Positions 1 through 23,778 of a stretch of 64,000 bases of DNA are shown here, in pieces. Both the position numbers and the translations under genes were made by a program. Each line of letters starts with the position of its first letter. Positions within the stretch are counted from its first letter, which is position 1. The notes under the pieces are model-generated. The model was not told the DNA's origin, ran no database searches, and saw only the letters and a list, made by a program, of their open reading frames with translations. This DNA comes from the human T2T-CHM13v2.0 reference genome, Homo sapiens, in assembly GCF_009914755.1 (NCBI RefSeq), contig NC_060941.1; one strand, written 5' to 3'.

Positions 1-2
1 CA

Positions 3-447
<445 letters not shown>

Positions 448-727
448 TTACACCTTGACTTTTGAGGTGTGAATAGAAATCCAGTATCCCTATCCTCCCA
501 CCAGTTGCAAACAGTCTTCTAAGGAGGGAGAGTATACTGAGTGCAGTCATGGAAGATTCACAGATAAGTTAAGACTGGACAAGGTTTTGAAGGATGGGTG
601 AATCAAAGGAAGGGAGGACATTGTAGTTGGCTGAAACCATGCAAGAATGCTAGATGTCTCTATAGGAAAGACCGTAAAGTTCAGATTTAGAGGTAGAATA
701 AGAAAAAAGAAGCCAGTAAAGAAAATA

Positions 728-1036
728 GGCCGGGTACGATGGCTCACGCCTGTAATCCCAGCACTTTGGGAGGCTGGGGCAGGCAGATCACGAGGTCAGG
801 AGATTGAGACCATCCTGGCTAACACGGTAAAACCCCGTCTCTACTAAAAATACAAAAAATTAGCCAGGCGTGGTGACGGGCGCCTGTAGTCCCAGCTACT
901 CGGGAGGCTGAGGCAGAAGAATGGTGTGAACCTGGGAGGCAGAGCTTGCAGTGAGCTGAGCCGAGATTGCACCGCTGCACTGGCCTGGGTGACAGAGCGA
1001 GACTCCGTCTCACAAAAAAAAAAAAAAAAAAAAAAA
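728..1036 (+). mobile_element. AluY-like
   Basis: Diagnostic gagaccatcctggctaacac and gaatggtgtgaacc..gagcttgcag; long A tail. Confidence 0.85.
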
Positions 1037-1519
1037 GAGCAGCAGTGGAGAAAATAAATAGTGATTCTATGATAGAGGATATAAAATGAAAGGAAAGCCA
1101 AGGAAAAAGGATTTACTTAAATGTATAATAACTTTGAGGAATAATATAACATTTCTACAAAATTAAGGTTTTTGTTCAAGAACAATAAAGTCTGGCCAGG
1201 CCTGGTGGCTTATGCCTGTAATCCAGCACTTTGGGAGGTTGAGGCAAGAGTACTGCTTGAGCCCAGGAGTTCGAGACCAGTCTGGGCAACACAGTGAAAC
1301 TCTGTCTGTATTTACAAAAAGAAATAATAATAAAAGAAATCTGCTGTATCACCACCATCCAGAGAAAGTGACTAAGTGAAATCTAAAATAAGAAAAAGGA
1401 GATTTTGTATATATTATGACCTCAGGGGTTTTATGTGTGGCATTTGAACCTGGGATCAAGATGGTACTTGTGGTAGAAAGATGATTGGATTGAGTATCAA
1501 AAAGCCCTAAGATTTCTCA

Positions 1520-1738
<219 letters not shown>

Positions 1739-2839
1739 TTAGCTGGGTGTGGTGGTGGGCATCTGTAATCCCAGCTGCTTGGGAGACTGAGGTGGAGAGA
1801 ATTGCTTGAACCTGGGAGGCAGAGGTTGCAGTGAGCCAAGACTGCATCACTACACTCTAACCTTAGTGACAGAGCGAGACTCCGTCTCAAAGAAAACAAA
1901 AACAGAACAAAAAACAAAACAAGAACAACAAAAAAACAGGATTCCGTCTCAAAAATAAATAAAACAGAATTGATATGTCAGATTTGATGATGTACACAAA
2001 AGCACATAGAAACTTATAAAACACCATTTGTTTATTTATTTATTTACTTATTTATTTATTTATGAGACAGAGTCTCACTCTGTCCCTTAGGCTGGAGTAT
2101 AGTGACACAATCTTGACTCACTGCAACATCCGCCTCCTGGGTTCAAGCAGTCCTCTTGCCTCAGCCTCTCCAGTAGCTAGGATTACAAGCATGCACCATC
2201 ACGCCCAGCTAATTTTTGTATTTTTAGTAATTTTTGTATTTTAGTTTCAGCATTTTGGCCTGGCTGGTCTTGAACTTCTGACCTCAAGTGATCTGCCCAC
2301 CTCAGCCTCCCAAAGTGTTGGGATTACAGGCGTGAGCCACCACGCCCAGCCAAAAACACCATTTGAATGTCAGGTGTAAAAATAATTATGCCCTAGGTAC
2401 ATAAGTTTATAATTCTGAATTTTGCTGGATATGGAATCATGTACTATTAACATGGCAACAGTGAATTCCTGTCAAAAGAAAATAGGCATTAAAGAATTAC
2501 TGATGTATTAGCCATTTAATAATTTTGATTTTTATCTTTGAGAATAGGAAGTCATTAATACGGGAGATGGAGGTAAAGAGGTATGTCATTATTGGTGTTT
2601 TAAAAAGAGCAGTTGGCTGGGAGGTAGGGATTGCAGTGAGCCGAGATCGAGCCACTGCACTCCAGCCTGGGCGACAGAGCAAGACTCCGTCTCAAAAAAA
2701 AAAAAAAAAAAAGAGCAGTTTTGGCTGGGCTTGGTGGTTCACACCTGTAATCTCAGCACTTTGGAAGGCCAAGGTGGAGGACTGTTTGAGGTCAGAAGTT
2801 TGAGACCAGCCTGGGCAACAGAGTGAAATCCCATCTCTA

Positions 2840-2962
<123 letters not shown>

Positions 2963-3029
2963 TCATTGTACTCCAGTTTGGACAACAGAGTGAGACCCTG
3001 TCTCAAAAAAAAAAAAGAAGCAGTTCAAC

Positions 3030-3790
3030 TCTTACGTGAAGTTTGGTGAGCAGTGGTGGAAGCAGGAAGCCATGTATGCTTTTGGAGTAGCTGTTGTAGC
3101 TTAGACAGGGTGGTGGTGGTGTAAGAGGAATGAAGAGAACTGTTTAGGAAGACACAGGGACTTGGGATAGATTTACTGGTATAGGTGAGGAAGAAAGTGG
3201 TTCCTGGCTTTGCCAATGGGGTAATGATGCTTTTCACCAAAATAAGGGACCCTGGAGGAAAATCAGGCTTGGTGAGGAAGTCATGATCTTTGAGTGGAGT
3301 TTGCACTCCTGTGGAGACATCCAAACTCTATATTGAGGAAGTCACTAGCAGATACTAGTTGAAGTAATGGGTGGAATGAGTTAACCTAGGAGAGGATATA
3401 TGGTAAGAAATGGAAATTTAGAAATTGGTTTTGAGTAACTCCAATATTTAGAGACTAGGTAGAAAAGAATGCTCCAGCAGAGAGAATGGTGAAGGAGTGA
3501 CTAGAGAAAGTGAAGAAAAGTTAGAGGATTATCCCTGAAAGACCAAGGGAGAGTATTTTAAGGAATAAATGGTGACCATTGGTTCTAGTTGCTGCGCAGT
3601 CTAAAAAGATGTGCTTGAAAATTATCTATTGGATTGAACAACTTAGAGATTATTGGTGACCATTAGTGGTGACCAGAAATGGGAGGAGTGTTAGGGACAT
3701 TCTGAAGTGGGTTTGGGGTAAATGTTAGATGAAAAATAATGACAGTTGTGAATAACCCAATTAAGGAATTTAGCTTCTAGAAGGAGAGGG
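3030..3790 (-). mobile_element. Probable L2 fragment (further pieces at ~19010-19190, 19680-20460, 21920-22040 and, on +, 53590-53835)
   Basis: Purine-rich, L2-like motifs. L2-type terminus attaataaatatttgttgaatg at ~53815 and reversed attctttcactcagcaaagatttattaa at ~19690. Confidence 0.5.
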
Positions 3791-4266
3791 GAGGCTGGGT
3801 GTGGTGGCTGACATCTGTAATCCCAGCACTTTGGGAGGCTGAGGTGGGCAGATCACTTGAGGTCAGGAGTTTGAGACCAGCCTGGCTAACATGGCAAGAC
3901 CCCGCCTCTACTAAAAATACAAAAATTAGCCAGGCGTGGTGACGCACATCTGTAATTCCAGCTACTCAGGAGGCTGAGGCACTAGAATCGCTTTAACTGG
4001 GGAGGCGGAGGTTGCAGTGAGCCGAGATCACACCACTGCACTCCAGCCTGGGTGATGGAGTGAGTCTGTCTCCAAAAAAAAAATAAATAAATAAAAGTCG
4101 GAGAGGAGAGCGATGAAATCAAGTCGAGGAAGAGGAATGTTTATTGCTTTATGATTTTGGAAAACATTTATTGTACAAAATATGGCAAATAACACAAAAG
4201 TATAGATTAGTGAATGAGTTTTTACAAATCCAATGCTTATGTAACCAACACCAAAAAAATAGAATA

Positions 4267-10317
<6,051 letters not shown>

Positions 10318-10319
10318 TA

Positions 10320-10865
10320 CTTTTCCCCTTCCAATCTTTACATCATTTATTTTTCTTTCCTAATTGCACTGTCTAGGGCCTCTAGTACAGTGTTGAATAT
10401 AAGTTTTAAGTTTAGGCATCTTTGTCTTGTTCTGCCTCATAGGGAGGAAGCATTCAGTCTTTTACCATAAATATGGTGTTAGCTTAGTATTTTCATAGAC
10501 ATCCTTTATTCTTGATTTGCTGAGTTTTTAAAAATTAACTATTGCATTTTAGCAAATGCTTTTTTAACATATATTGAAATGATCATATGATTTTTTGCCT
10601 TTATTCTGTTAATGTTGGCAAATGATAATTGATTTTTCCGATGTTAAACCATCTTACATTTGTGGGATAAACCCTATATTTTAGTGATTGATTATCCTTT
10701 CTATATTGTGGGATTCAATTTGCTAGTCTTTGTAAAGTATTTTTATATATACATTCATGAGGTGGATTGATTTATAGTTTTCTTGTAATTTCTTAGTCTG
10801 GTTTTGGTTGCCTCAGAACGATTTGGTGCTTATTCCCTTCTCTTCTGTTTTTTAGAAAAGTGTGT
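10320..10865 (-). mobile_element. Old L1 ORF2 fragment
   Basis: T-rich antisense ORF2 signature (acagtgttgaata..ggcatctttgtcttgttc..gcattcagtcttttaccat). Confidence 0.72.
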
Positions 10866-10984
10866 AAGGCCGGAAGTGATGGCTTATACCTGCAATCCCA
10901 GCACTTTGGGAAGCCGAGGCAGGTGGATTGCTTGAGCTCAGGAGTTTGAGACCAGCCTGGCAACATGGCGAAACCCTGTCTCTA

Positions 10985-11534
<550 letters not shown>

Positions 11535-11971
11535 TAGTGGAGATGGGGTTTCACCACATTGGCCAGGTTGGTCTTGAACTCCTGACCTCATGATCTGCCT
11601 GCCCCAGCCTCCCAAAGTGCTGGGATCACAGATGTGAGCCACCGGGCCCAGCCTATTTATTTGAAATAGAGACAGGATCTTGCTGTGTTGCCTAGGCTGG
11701 TCTTGAACTCCTGGCCTCAGGTGATCCTTCTACTTCGTCCTCTCAAAATACTGGGATTATAGGTGTAAGCCACCATGCCCAGCCCTGTTTTTTTTTCCTT
11801 AAATGTTTGATATTATTTAAATGGTGTGGCTAGAAGCTATGTTGAAATGGGCCAAGGAATGACAGATATATAAGGAAATAGATAGCCAGGATGGACAACT
11901 TTGAGAATTCTGGCTATGAAGAGAAGAGAGGATGGTTGCTAGACAGGTGTAAAGATTGAATCAGGCATTAA

Positions 11972-12560
<589 letters not shown>

Positions 12561-13128
12561 TGAGTCAAAGGCTAAGTGCATTTGTAATTTTGATATATGT
12601 TTTACATTGCATAATATTGGTCTTATTTTGCATTTGGACTCCTACATGTGCCTTTTTTGGGTGACCAAACATAAAATGTCCTAAATGAAGAAGAGGCATG
12701 GGAGCAGTGCATTTGTTGAGATGTAGTAAATACTGCATATTTTGGCTTATTTCACTTATATTTCATTATTTGGCATAATCTAAATAATTATCTTCCAGTA
12801 GATGAGTGGGCTTATTATTTTTAATTGAGATGGGGTCTGGCTGTATTGCTCAGGATGGTCTTGAAGTCCTGGACTAAAGCAGTCCTCCCACCTTGGCCTC
12901 CCAAAATGCTGGGATTACAGGCATGAGCCACTGCACCCAGCTGAGATGACAGGACTTCTGTTGTGTGATTCTTTTGCAGTCGGAGGCTCTGGGCCAGTAG
13001 AAGTTGAATTTATACCTTTAATAATTGTATTCAGGAAACTTGTTTGAAGCCCCATGAGTATGTGTGTATGTGTGTTTCAGCCAGAATTTTTTTCTCTTTT
13101 TCTTTTGGGTGATATTGTTGCTCCTTGA

Positions 13129-13437
<309 letters not shown>

Positions 13438-13595
13438 TAGTACAGATGGGGTTTCACCACGTTAGCCAGGATGGTCTTGATCTGCTGACCTCGTGATCCG
13501 CCCGCCTTGGCCTCCCAAAGTGCTGGGATTACAGGCGTGAGCCACCATGCCTGGCCAACATTTTTTAAGTTAAAAAAATGTTTATTTTTTGATAA

Positions 13596-13799
<204 letters not shown>

Positions 13800-14683
13800 T
13801 AACACTTTAATGGAGACAGGGTCCTACTGTGTTGCCCAGGCTGGTCTCGAACTCCTGGGCTCCAGTGATCCTCCTACTTGGCCTCCTAAAGTGTGGGCAT
13901 TACAGGCATGAGCCACTGTGCCTGGCCAATTCTATTCTTATAATTATCATATTATTAAGTATCTAAGATGTGGGATTTTTTTTTTTTTTTTAACTTGGCT
14001 TTACTTTGCGGAGATAGAAGAATCGTGCTGGTATGTCATGAAATTAGAAGTATTCTTTTTCTTTTGACTTTTGGGAAGTGTAGTTGACATTTTTCAAGGT
14101 CCCTCAATGTTCTTTGTAATTTTGGTATTGTTCCAAAGGCGTGGAGAAAGTACTTAAAATTTGGCAGTGTTTTTTTTTCTTACGGAGAGAAATATTTCTA
14201 GGTTGTGATAAAACAAAAGGGTTTTGTAAATGTAACTTTTTCTTATTAATAGAGACTACATTTTGCTTCATTATGCTGTTTGTTGACAGTACTGAAGACA
14301 GAGGAAGTTATACCTTTAACAAGAGGGTTGAGCCTGTGTGATTAGGGGTGTTGACTGGATTGAACACATTCCTTTGGTGGTATTCAGGTTGTTTTAACTG
14401 CCCACTTGTTTTGGTTATAATTGGGGATATTAATTTTAATAGTTTAAAGTTAATTTCTGTTTATCTTTGAGTAATTAAGGTCTTTATTTCTCCTTATGCC
14501 TAGATTATATTTTGAGAGACTTGAATAATTTTTTTTTTGATAGAATTTTCTTTGGCCAAGTGTATATTGTTGTAGTACCACTATTTCATGAATTAGGGCC
14601 TGGTGTAGAGGCTGACGCTTGTAATCCCAGCACTTTGGGAGGCTGAGGCAGGAGGATCACTTGAGGTCAGCAGTTTGAGACTA

Positions 14684-15296
<613 letters not shown>

Positions 15297-15493
15297 TCAT
15301 CTAATGTAGAAGTTACCTTGTTTTACAGGTGGTAAGGTCACACTGCTTTTAAGAGGTGGAACTAGAATTTAAACCTAGTTCTGTCTGAATTCAAATTCAA
15401 AGCCCATGATCTAAGAGCTATACTTCATCACTTTTCAAATGTGATTGCTAAAGATATGACATGTGAGTAGTTTTGTAGTTAAGGTTTAGTTTT

Positions 15494-16086
15494 TGTAGAG
15501 GTGAAGGGAATTATCCCCTCTCCCTCTGAAATAAATTGACAATAGACTAATGGGAGAAAAAGCATACACATGCATGAGAGCCACATAAAATATGAGACTC
15601 AAAGAAGGGCCAAATGGCTGAAGCTTACATAGTGCTCTCTTCATAGGGGAGAAGGAGATGGAGGAATGTCGTCAGTTTTGAGAGTTAGTAAATCATTCTC
15701 AGGAAAGTTGAATGGGCCCAAAGAGCAGAAAATTGTTTCTAAGTGATTCACTTGGGAAGTGGGACCTGAGCAGAGATGATAGCCTGTGACAAAGTCTGTC
15801 TAGGTGTGGTGTCATTTCTCGGTTTTCCATCCTGTAATTTGAGATTAATCTTCTCTGGTTGAAGAAATTTCAGAAAGGGGAGAGGGAGGCAATTGTGTTC
15901 CTTCTAGAAGAGCTTCAGGAAAGGGAACTTGAGAGAGTCCCTCCTTGTGCTTGTGAGGGAGAAGCAGGAGAACACCAGAAAGTCCTTGGTTCTGAGGACT
16001 TCTGAGGCCTTTTAATTTCCTTTAGCTCAAAATGCTCAGCATGCCAAAATGCCAGAATTTGGAATATCGTTTTCTGAGCCCCAGTG
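15494..16086 (-). mobile_element. Solo ERV1-class LTR (MER34/MER39 group)
   Basis: Minus strand begins ..GGGGCTCAGAAAACGATATTCCAAA..GGCATTTTGGCATGCTGAG, typical of this LTR group. About 590 bp long and ends in ACA on the minus strand. Confidence 0.7.
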
Positions 16087-16294
16087 TTTTCATTTGTAAA
16101 AGATTAGTATGTACCTTCAAATACTCATAGTTATCTTTTACATTTTACTTTGTTAGCCATTACTCTGTCAGAACCCTTCTGAAACTTATAACCATTATTC
16201 ATTACATGAGCATATATGCTAGACAGTGGGGAGCCTATGTTGGCCAACCTAGAAAAAAATGACTCTCATGGATCTTTATAGTCTGTAATTAATA

Positions 16295-16783
<489 letters not shown>

Positions 16784-16902
16784 TGAGTAGCTGGAACTAC
16801 AGGTGTGAGCCACCATGCCAGGCTAATTTTTGTATTTTTTTTAGTAGAGATGGGGTTTCACCATGTTGGCCAGGCTGGTTTCGAACTCCTGACCTCAAGT
16901 GA

Positions 16903-17106
<204 letters not shown>

Positions 17107-17270
17107 TGAGTAAGTGTAGGTGGGCAGAAAATCAACCCCTGTCCAAACCTTAGCTTAGTTTTTGCTTCTAGTATATGCTCAGGACTCCCTCTTGTTGAGT
17201 TTAATATAACTGTCCCGCGGTGGCTCATGTCTGTAATCCCAGCACTTTGGAGGCCAAGGCAAGCAAGTTA

Positions 17271-17511
<241 letters not shown>

Positions 17512-17936
17512 TTAAGAAAATAAGCATATCCTGGTTAAACATTTTAAAAAATTGTCTATTGAAGTGTGTAGATGTGAATGGAACTTAGATGATGTCTAGG
17601 AATATTATTAATTAGAGTCAGCTCAAAAGCAGAACTGTGCAGTAGTTTACTGCCCAATCTCTACTGCTTTGTACATGACACCAGCTTTCCTAGCTTTCCT
17701 GAGCTGTCAGAGCCCTTCTTTCAACACACCAGATGTAACATAGAATGATTGTTATGTGGGCGTTCCAGATAAACAACCCCTTTTCTCAACCATCCCTAAC
17801 AATGTTATTGACTCTTTTTTGGTGAGGTAAATATAGGCTTTCTTGCTTAAAATTCTTAATTAAAAAAATCAAAATTATCTTTGTATATATTTTAAAAACC
17901 AAATAGTTTCGTGAGATTCAAATATGAAACAAATGA

Positions 17937-18134
<198 letters not shown>

Positions 18135-18670
18135 TAATTTTTAGTAGAGACGGGGTTTCACCATGTTGGCCAGGCTGGTTTCAAACTCCTGACTTCAAGT
18201 GATCTGCCTGCCTAGACCTCCCAACGTGTATACTCTTTCTTTCATCACTCTTTCAAATCTACTAGTTATTGTCATTTTAGTATTTATTTCAATTATTTCA
18301 AAATATCATACTTCTTATTTATTTTTTATTTTGAGATGGAGTCTCTCTGTGACACTCAGGCTAGAGTGCAGTAGCGCAATCTCAGCTCACTGCAACCTCC
18401 GCCTCCTGGGTTCAAGCAATTCTCCTGCCTCAGCCTCATGAGTAGCTGGGATTACAGGTGCACGCCCCATGTCCGGTTAATTTTTGTATTTTTAGTAGAG
18501 ATGGGGTTTCACCATATTGGCCAGTCTTGAACTCCTAACCTCAAGTGATCTGCCTGCCTCAGCCTCCCAAAGTGCTGGGATTACAGGTGTGAGCCACCAC
18601 ACCCCACCTCAAAATATCATACTTCTTGAAGTTTTTTTTCTCCCAGTGTTAAGATTGATTGGTGCCATGA

Positions 18671-18967
<297 letters not shown>

Positions 18968-19961
18968 TGAGCCACCGCGCACAGCCACGAACTATGAAGA
19001 TTTAAACGGTGTTCATTTATTCAGCACATGTCTGGGATATACAGGGGTAAGCACAATAGATGTGGTCTTTGCTGTCATGGAGCTAGTAGGAGAGAGAGAT
19101 TTAAATAAAAATAAATGGATATACAACTTAAGTTGTAATATGAAAAAAAGCATGACATGTTAGGACAAGGAAGTGACATATAAGCTAAAAAATACTTAGG
19201 GTAAGACTGGAACAATAAACACTAAACAGAGGCTCTGAGATGAAAGCATTCTTTTCTCCATAGTTAGAAATTGATTTAGATTTCTTAAATTTTTTCTCTT
19301 TAAAGAGCATTGTAGCTGGGCATGGTGGCTCACGCCTATACTCCCAACACTTTGGGAGGCTGAGGGTGGTGTATCGCTTGAGGCCAGGAGTTTAAGAGCA
19401 GCTTGGGTGAGACCCCATCTCACCAAAACCACAAAAATTAGGGCTGAAACAGGGGGATCAGTTGAACCTAGGAGGTCAAGGCTGCAGTGACCTGTGCACC
19501 ACTGCACGCCAGCCTGGGTGACAGAGCAAGACCCTCTCAAAAAAAAAAAAATAATAATAATATTGAGATAAATATCTTTATGGTCATATAATTTGGAGAG
19601 ATCAATAAAAGTAAGGCTCCTAATAGATTTTCCAAATTACATTCTTTTCCAGCCATGTCAGTTATACTTACCCCATATATTTATTAATTCTTTCACTCAG
19701 CAAAGATTTATTAATTGTCTATTACATGCCAGACTGTGTTGAAGGTGCTGGGACAACACTGAACAAAACAAAGTCATTCTCTTTGTGGAATTTCCATTCT
19801 GGTAGGTGGGGAAGATAGATAATAAATATGTATCATGTTAGATGGTGATAGATAGGGTGGTTGTTGTTGCTGTGGGTTGCTCTTTTATATACGATGGTCT
19901 GGGAAAGCCTCTCAAAGACCCAGTGACATAGTGGTGTGAAGTTATCCATATGGGTATTTGA

Positions 19962-20381
<420 letters not shown>

Positions 20382-20541
20382 TAGCTGGAGTTAGGAGAGC
20401 AAAGCAAAGAATAAGAGATTATGTCCAAGAGTTAGCAGTTGGCTAGGGCTTTGTTTTCGCCCTTGTAAGGACATCTAAAATTTCAAATATACAGCAAAGT
20501 TGGACTTTTACGGTGAAATTACTTATACCCGCCATCTAGAG

Positions 20542-21047
20542 CAGCAGTCCCCAACCTTTTTGGCACCAGGGACCGGTTTTGTGGAAGACAGTTTTTCCAC
20601 AGGGTGGGGATAGTTTCAGTATGATTCAAGCACAGTAAATTTATTGTTCACTTTACTTCTATTATAATTGCATTGTAATATATAATGAAATAATTATACA
20701 ACTCACCATAATGTAGAATCAGTGGGAGCCCTGAGCTTGCTTTCCCACAGCTAGATGGTCCCATGTGTGGGTGATGGGAAACAGTGACAGATCATCAGAC
20801 ATTAGATTCTCATAAGGAGCACACAATCTAGACACTTCACATGCGCGGTTCACGTTAGGGTTCGCGCGCCTATGATAATCTAATGCTGCTGCTGACCTGA
20901 CAAGAGGCAGAGCTTAGGCAGTAATGTGCGCGATGGAGAGCAGCTGTAAATACAGTTGAAGCTTCGCTTTTGCTTGCCTGCTTCTCACCTCCTGCTGTGA
21001 GGCCTGGTTTGTAACCAGTACCTGGCCCAGGGATTGGGGGACCCCTC
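20542..21047. mobile_element. MER1A (hAT-Charlie) element
   Basis: Ends cagcagtccccaacc and ggattgggggacccct, about 505 bp. Degenerate 8-bp TSD atctagag/aactagaa. Confidence 0.85.
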
Positions 21048-21724
21048 AACTAGAATATACCCTTAAAATTTTACTATACTTTTTTTTTTCCAGTTTTTTT
21101 TTCAGGCAACCCTCAGAACCAGAAGGGGTTCATACAGCTGCCTACTGTACTTTGTCTCACATCCATCTTATTCATTGCATTTCAGAGGAAATGCAAACAT
21201 CAACATGCTTTCCCCTAACTACTTTTGCATGCATATAATTAACTAGAGTTCAATATTTGGTTAGTTTTTAAATTTTTTTAGACAGAGTCTTGCTCTGTTG
21301 CCCAGGCTGGAGGGCAGTGATGCTATCTTTGCTCACTGCAGCCTCTACCTCATGGGTTCAGTTGATTCTCATGCCTCAGCCTCCTGAGTAGTTGGGATTA
21401 CTGGCACATGCCACCATGCCTGGCGAATTTTTGTGATCTTTTAAATTTTAGCTATTTTGGTAGGTGATACCTTGAGGATTCATTTAGCATTACCATTTCC
21501 CTGATGACTAATAATGTGGAGTACTTTTTCATGTTTCTTGGCCATTTATATATATTTTAGCAATTATTTGTATAATTTTTTTGCCCATTAAAAAATTTAG
21601 TTGTAGGCTGGGTGCTGTGGCTCACGCCTGTAATCTCAGCACTTTGGGAGGCCGAGGTGGGCAGATCACGAGGCCAGGAGATCGAGACCATCCTGGCTAA
21701 CATGGTGAAACGCAGTCTCTACTA

Positions 21725-21961
<237 letters not shown>

Positions 21962-23362
21962 TCACTTTTAAAAATAAGAAAGGTATGTGAAGAGCAGATT
22001 TGGGTGGAAAGGTAGTGAGTTTGGTTTTAAATGTGTGAACCATAGACTGTTGCTGGTCCATAAACTGGTGATAGCGAATCGTTTGTTATTGGCAGCAAAA
22101 AGGTAAAGTGCAGAAAATGAGAGTAAGCCTTTCAAAACCTATAGTATTCGCCAGTGCACACTATCCAAACATATGTATATAGTTTACAGAAGTATCATTT
22201 GTGCCAACTTTTAGAAAAATCAAAAAATAATTCGTCTTTTATGACAAACAGTTTGAAAAACACTATCATCAAGACATCCAGTTGGAGAAGGAGTTTTTGA
22301 TGAGTATGTTTAGACATGCAATCATGTATTATTTTATTTCACACAAATAACATTTCTGTGATTATTAACATTCATTTTAGCATTATACATTCTTTGTAGT
22401 CATGAGAATAAGATACAGAATTTTCAAGGAGGAGATTTGAATTGCAGGATGAGGAGTTGAACTTATTCTTTCAGCCATAATAATTTGGACTCGTTGAGAA
22501 TCTTTTGGTAACATACATTCCAAAAGCTGTCTGTAATATTGATTTTGTGGTTGCAGTGGGATGAATAGCAGGAGAAAAGAAAAGGTTATAAGGCTAGTTA
22601 GGAGTGAATTTCAACACTGTCTAAATGTTAGATGTTGAGAGCCTGAACTAAGTTTGTTGTTGTGAGAGGATTACCAAAAACCATGGTAAGTGGTTAGACG
22701 TTTAGAAGAGAAGAAAGTTAAAGATGTTTCCAGAGTCTTGACCTGGGGACCAGTGCTGCTTAGTATGAAAGATGGCATCATTTTAGCAGAAATAGAATTT
22801 GATTATTAGACTTACACTATGTTAAAAATCATGTAAAGCAAAAATTGTATAGCATATTGTCTTATAAGTAATAAAGGGTTCTCACTTAAAGTTTCAGTGG
22901 TAAAAGTCTTCTGATATTTTCGCATACTTTTTGCTATCTGTTTAAATGGCAACTTAGTTTTCTTTTCTTTTCTTTTCTTTTTGAGACATAGTCTTGCTCT
23001 GTCACCCAGGCTGGAGTGCAGTGGTGCAATCACGGCTTCGCTTCCTGGGCTCAAGCGATTCCCTCACCTCAGCCTCCCGAGTAGCTGGGACCACAGGTGT
23101 GCACCACCATGCCCAACTGATTTTTGTATATATATATTTTTTTGTAGAGATGGGGTTTTGCCATCTTGCCCAGTCTGATCTTGAACTCTTGAGCTCAAGT
23201 GATCCTCCTGCCTTGGCCTCCCACAGTGCTGGGATTACAGGCATGAGCCACTGCGCCCAGCGTCTTATCTTCTTTTGAAATGCTTATTTTTTTCTTAAAA
23301 AATGGAGAATATATTTATTACATCACCTAAAATATGGCAGTTGTATTGTGTGAAACAGTATA

Positions 23363-23689
23363 CAGTTGGCCCTGGATATCCATGGATTCTGAATACGTGC
23401 ATTCAGTCAATATGGATAGAAAATATTTGGGAAAAAAGTAAAAAATAATTCAACAATAAAAAATAACACAAATAAAAATGACAGTATAGCTATTTACATA
23501 GCACATTGTATTAGGTATTGTAAGTAATTTAGAGATGATTTAAAGTATATAGGAGGATGTGCATAGGTTTTATATGCATAGGTTATGTGCAGATACCATG
23601 CCATTTTATAAAAGGGACTTAAGCATTGGAGGTTTTGGTGTCCACAGGGATTCTGGAACCAACCCCATGTGAATACAGAGAGATGACTG
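23363..23689. mobile_element. MER2-type element
   Basis: TA|cagttggccctggatatccatgg ... gaatacagagagatgactg|TA, with the same internal motifs as the 16295 copy. Confidence 0.82.
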
Positions 23690-23760
23690 TATTTTCTTTT
23701 CAAAAGTTAGTATTTGTAGTGTTTTCTTGGAGCTGTGTATATGCGGTACTTCAATGACCT

Positions 23761-23778
23761 AACACTAGGTGTCGCTAC
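23761..23778 (+). promoter_or_regulatory. Candidate CTCF core motif
   Basis: ACACTAGGTGTCGCTA resembles the CCACYAGRKGGCRCY consensus and retains a CpG in unique sequence. Confidence 0.45.
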
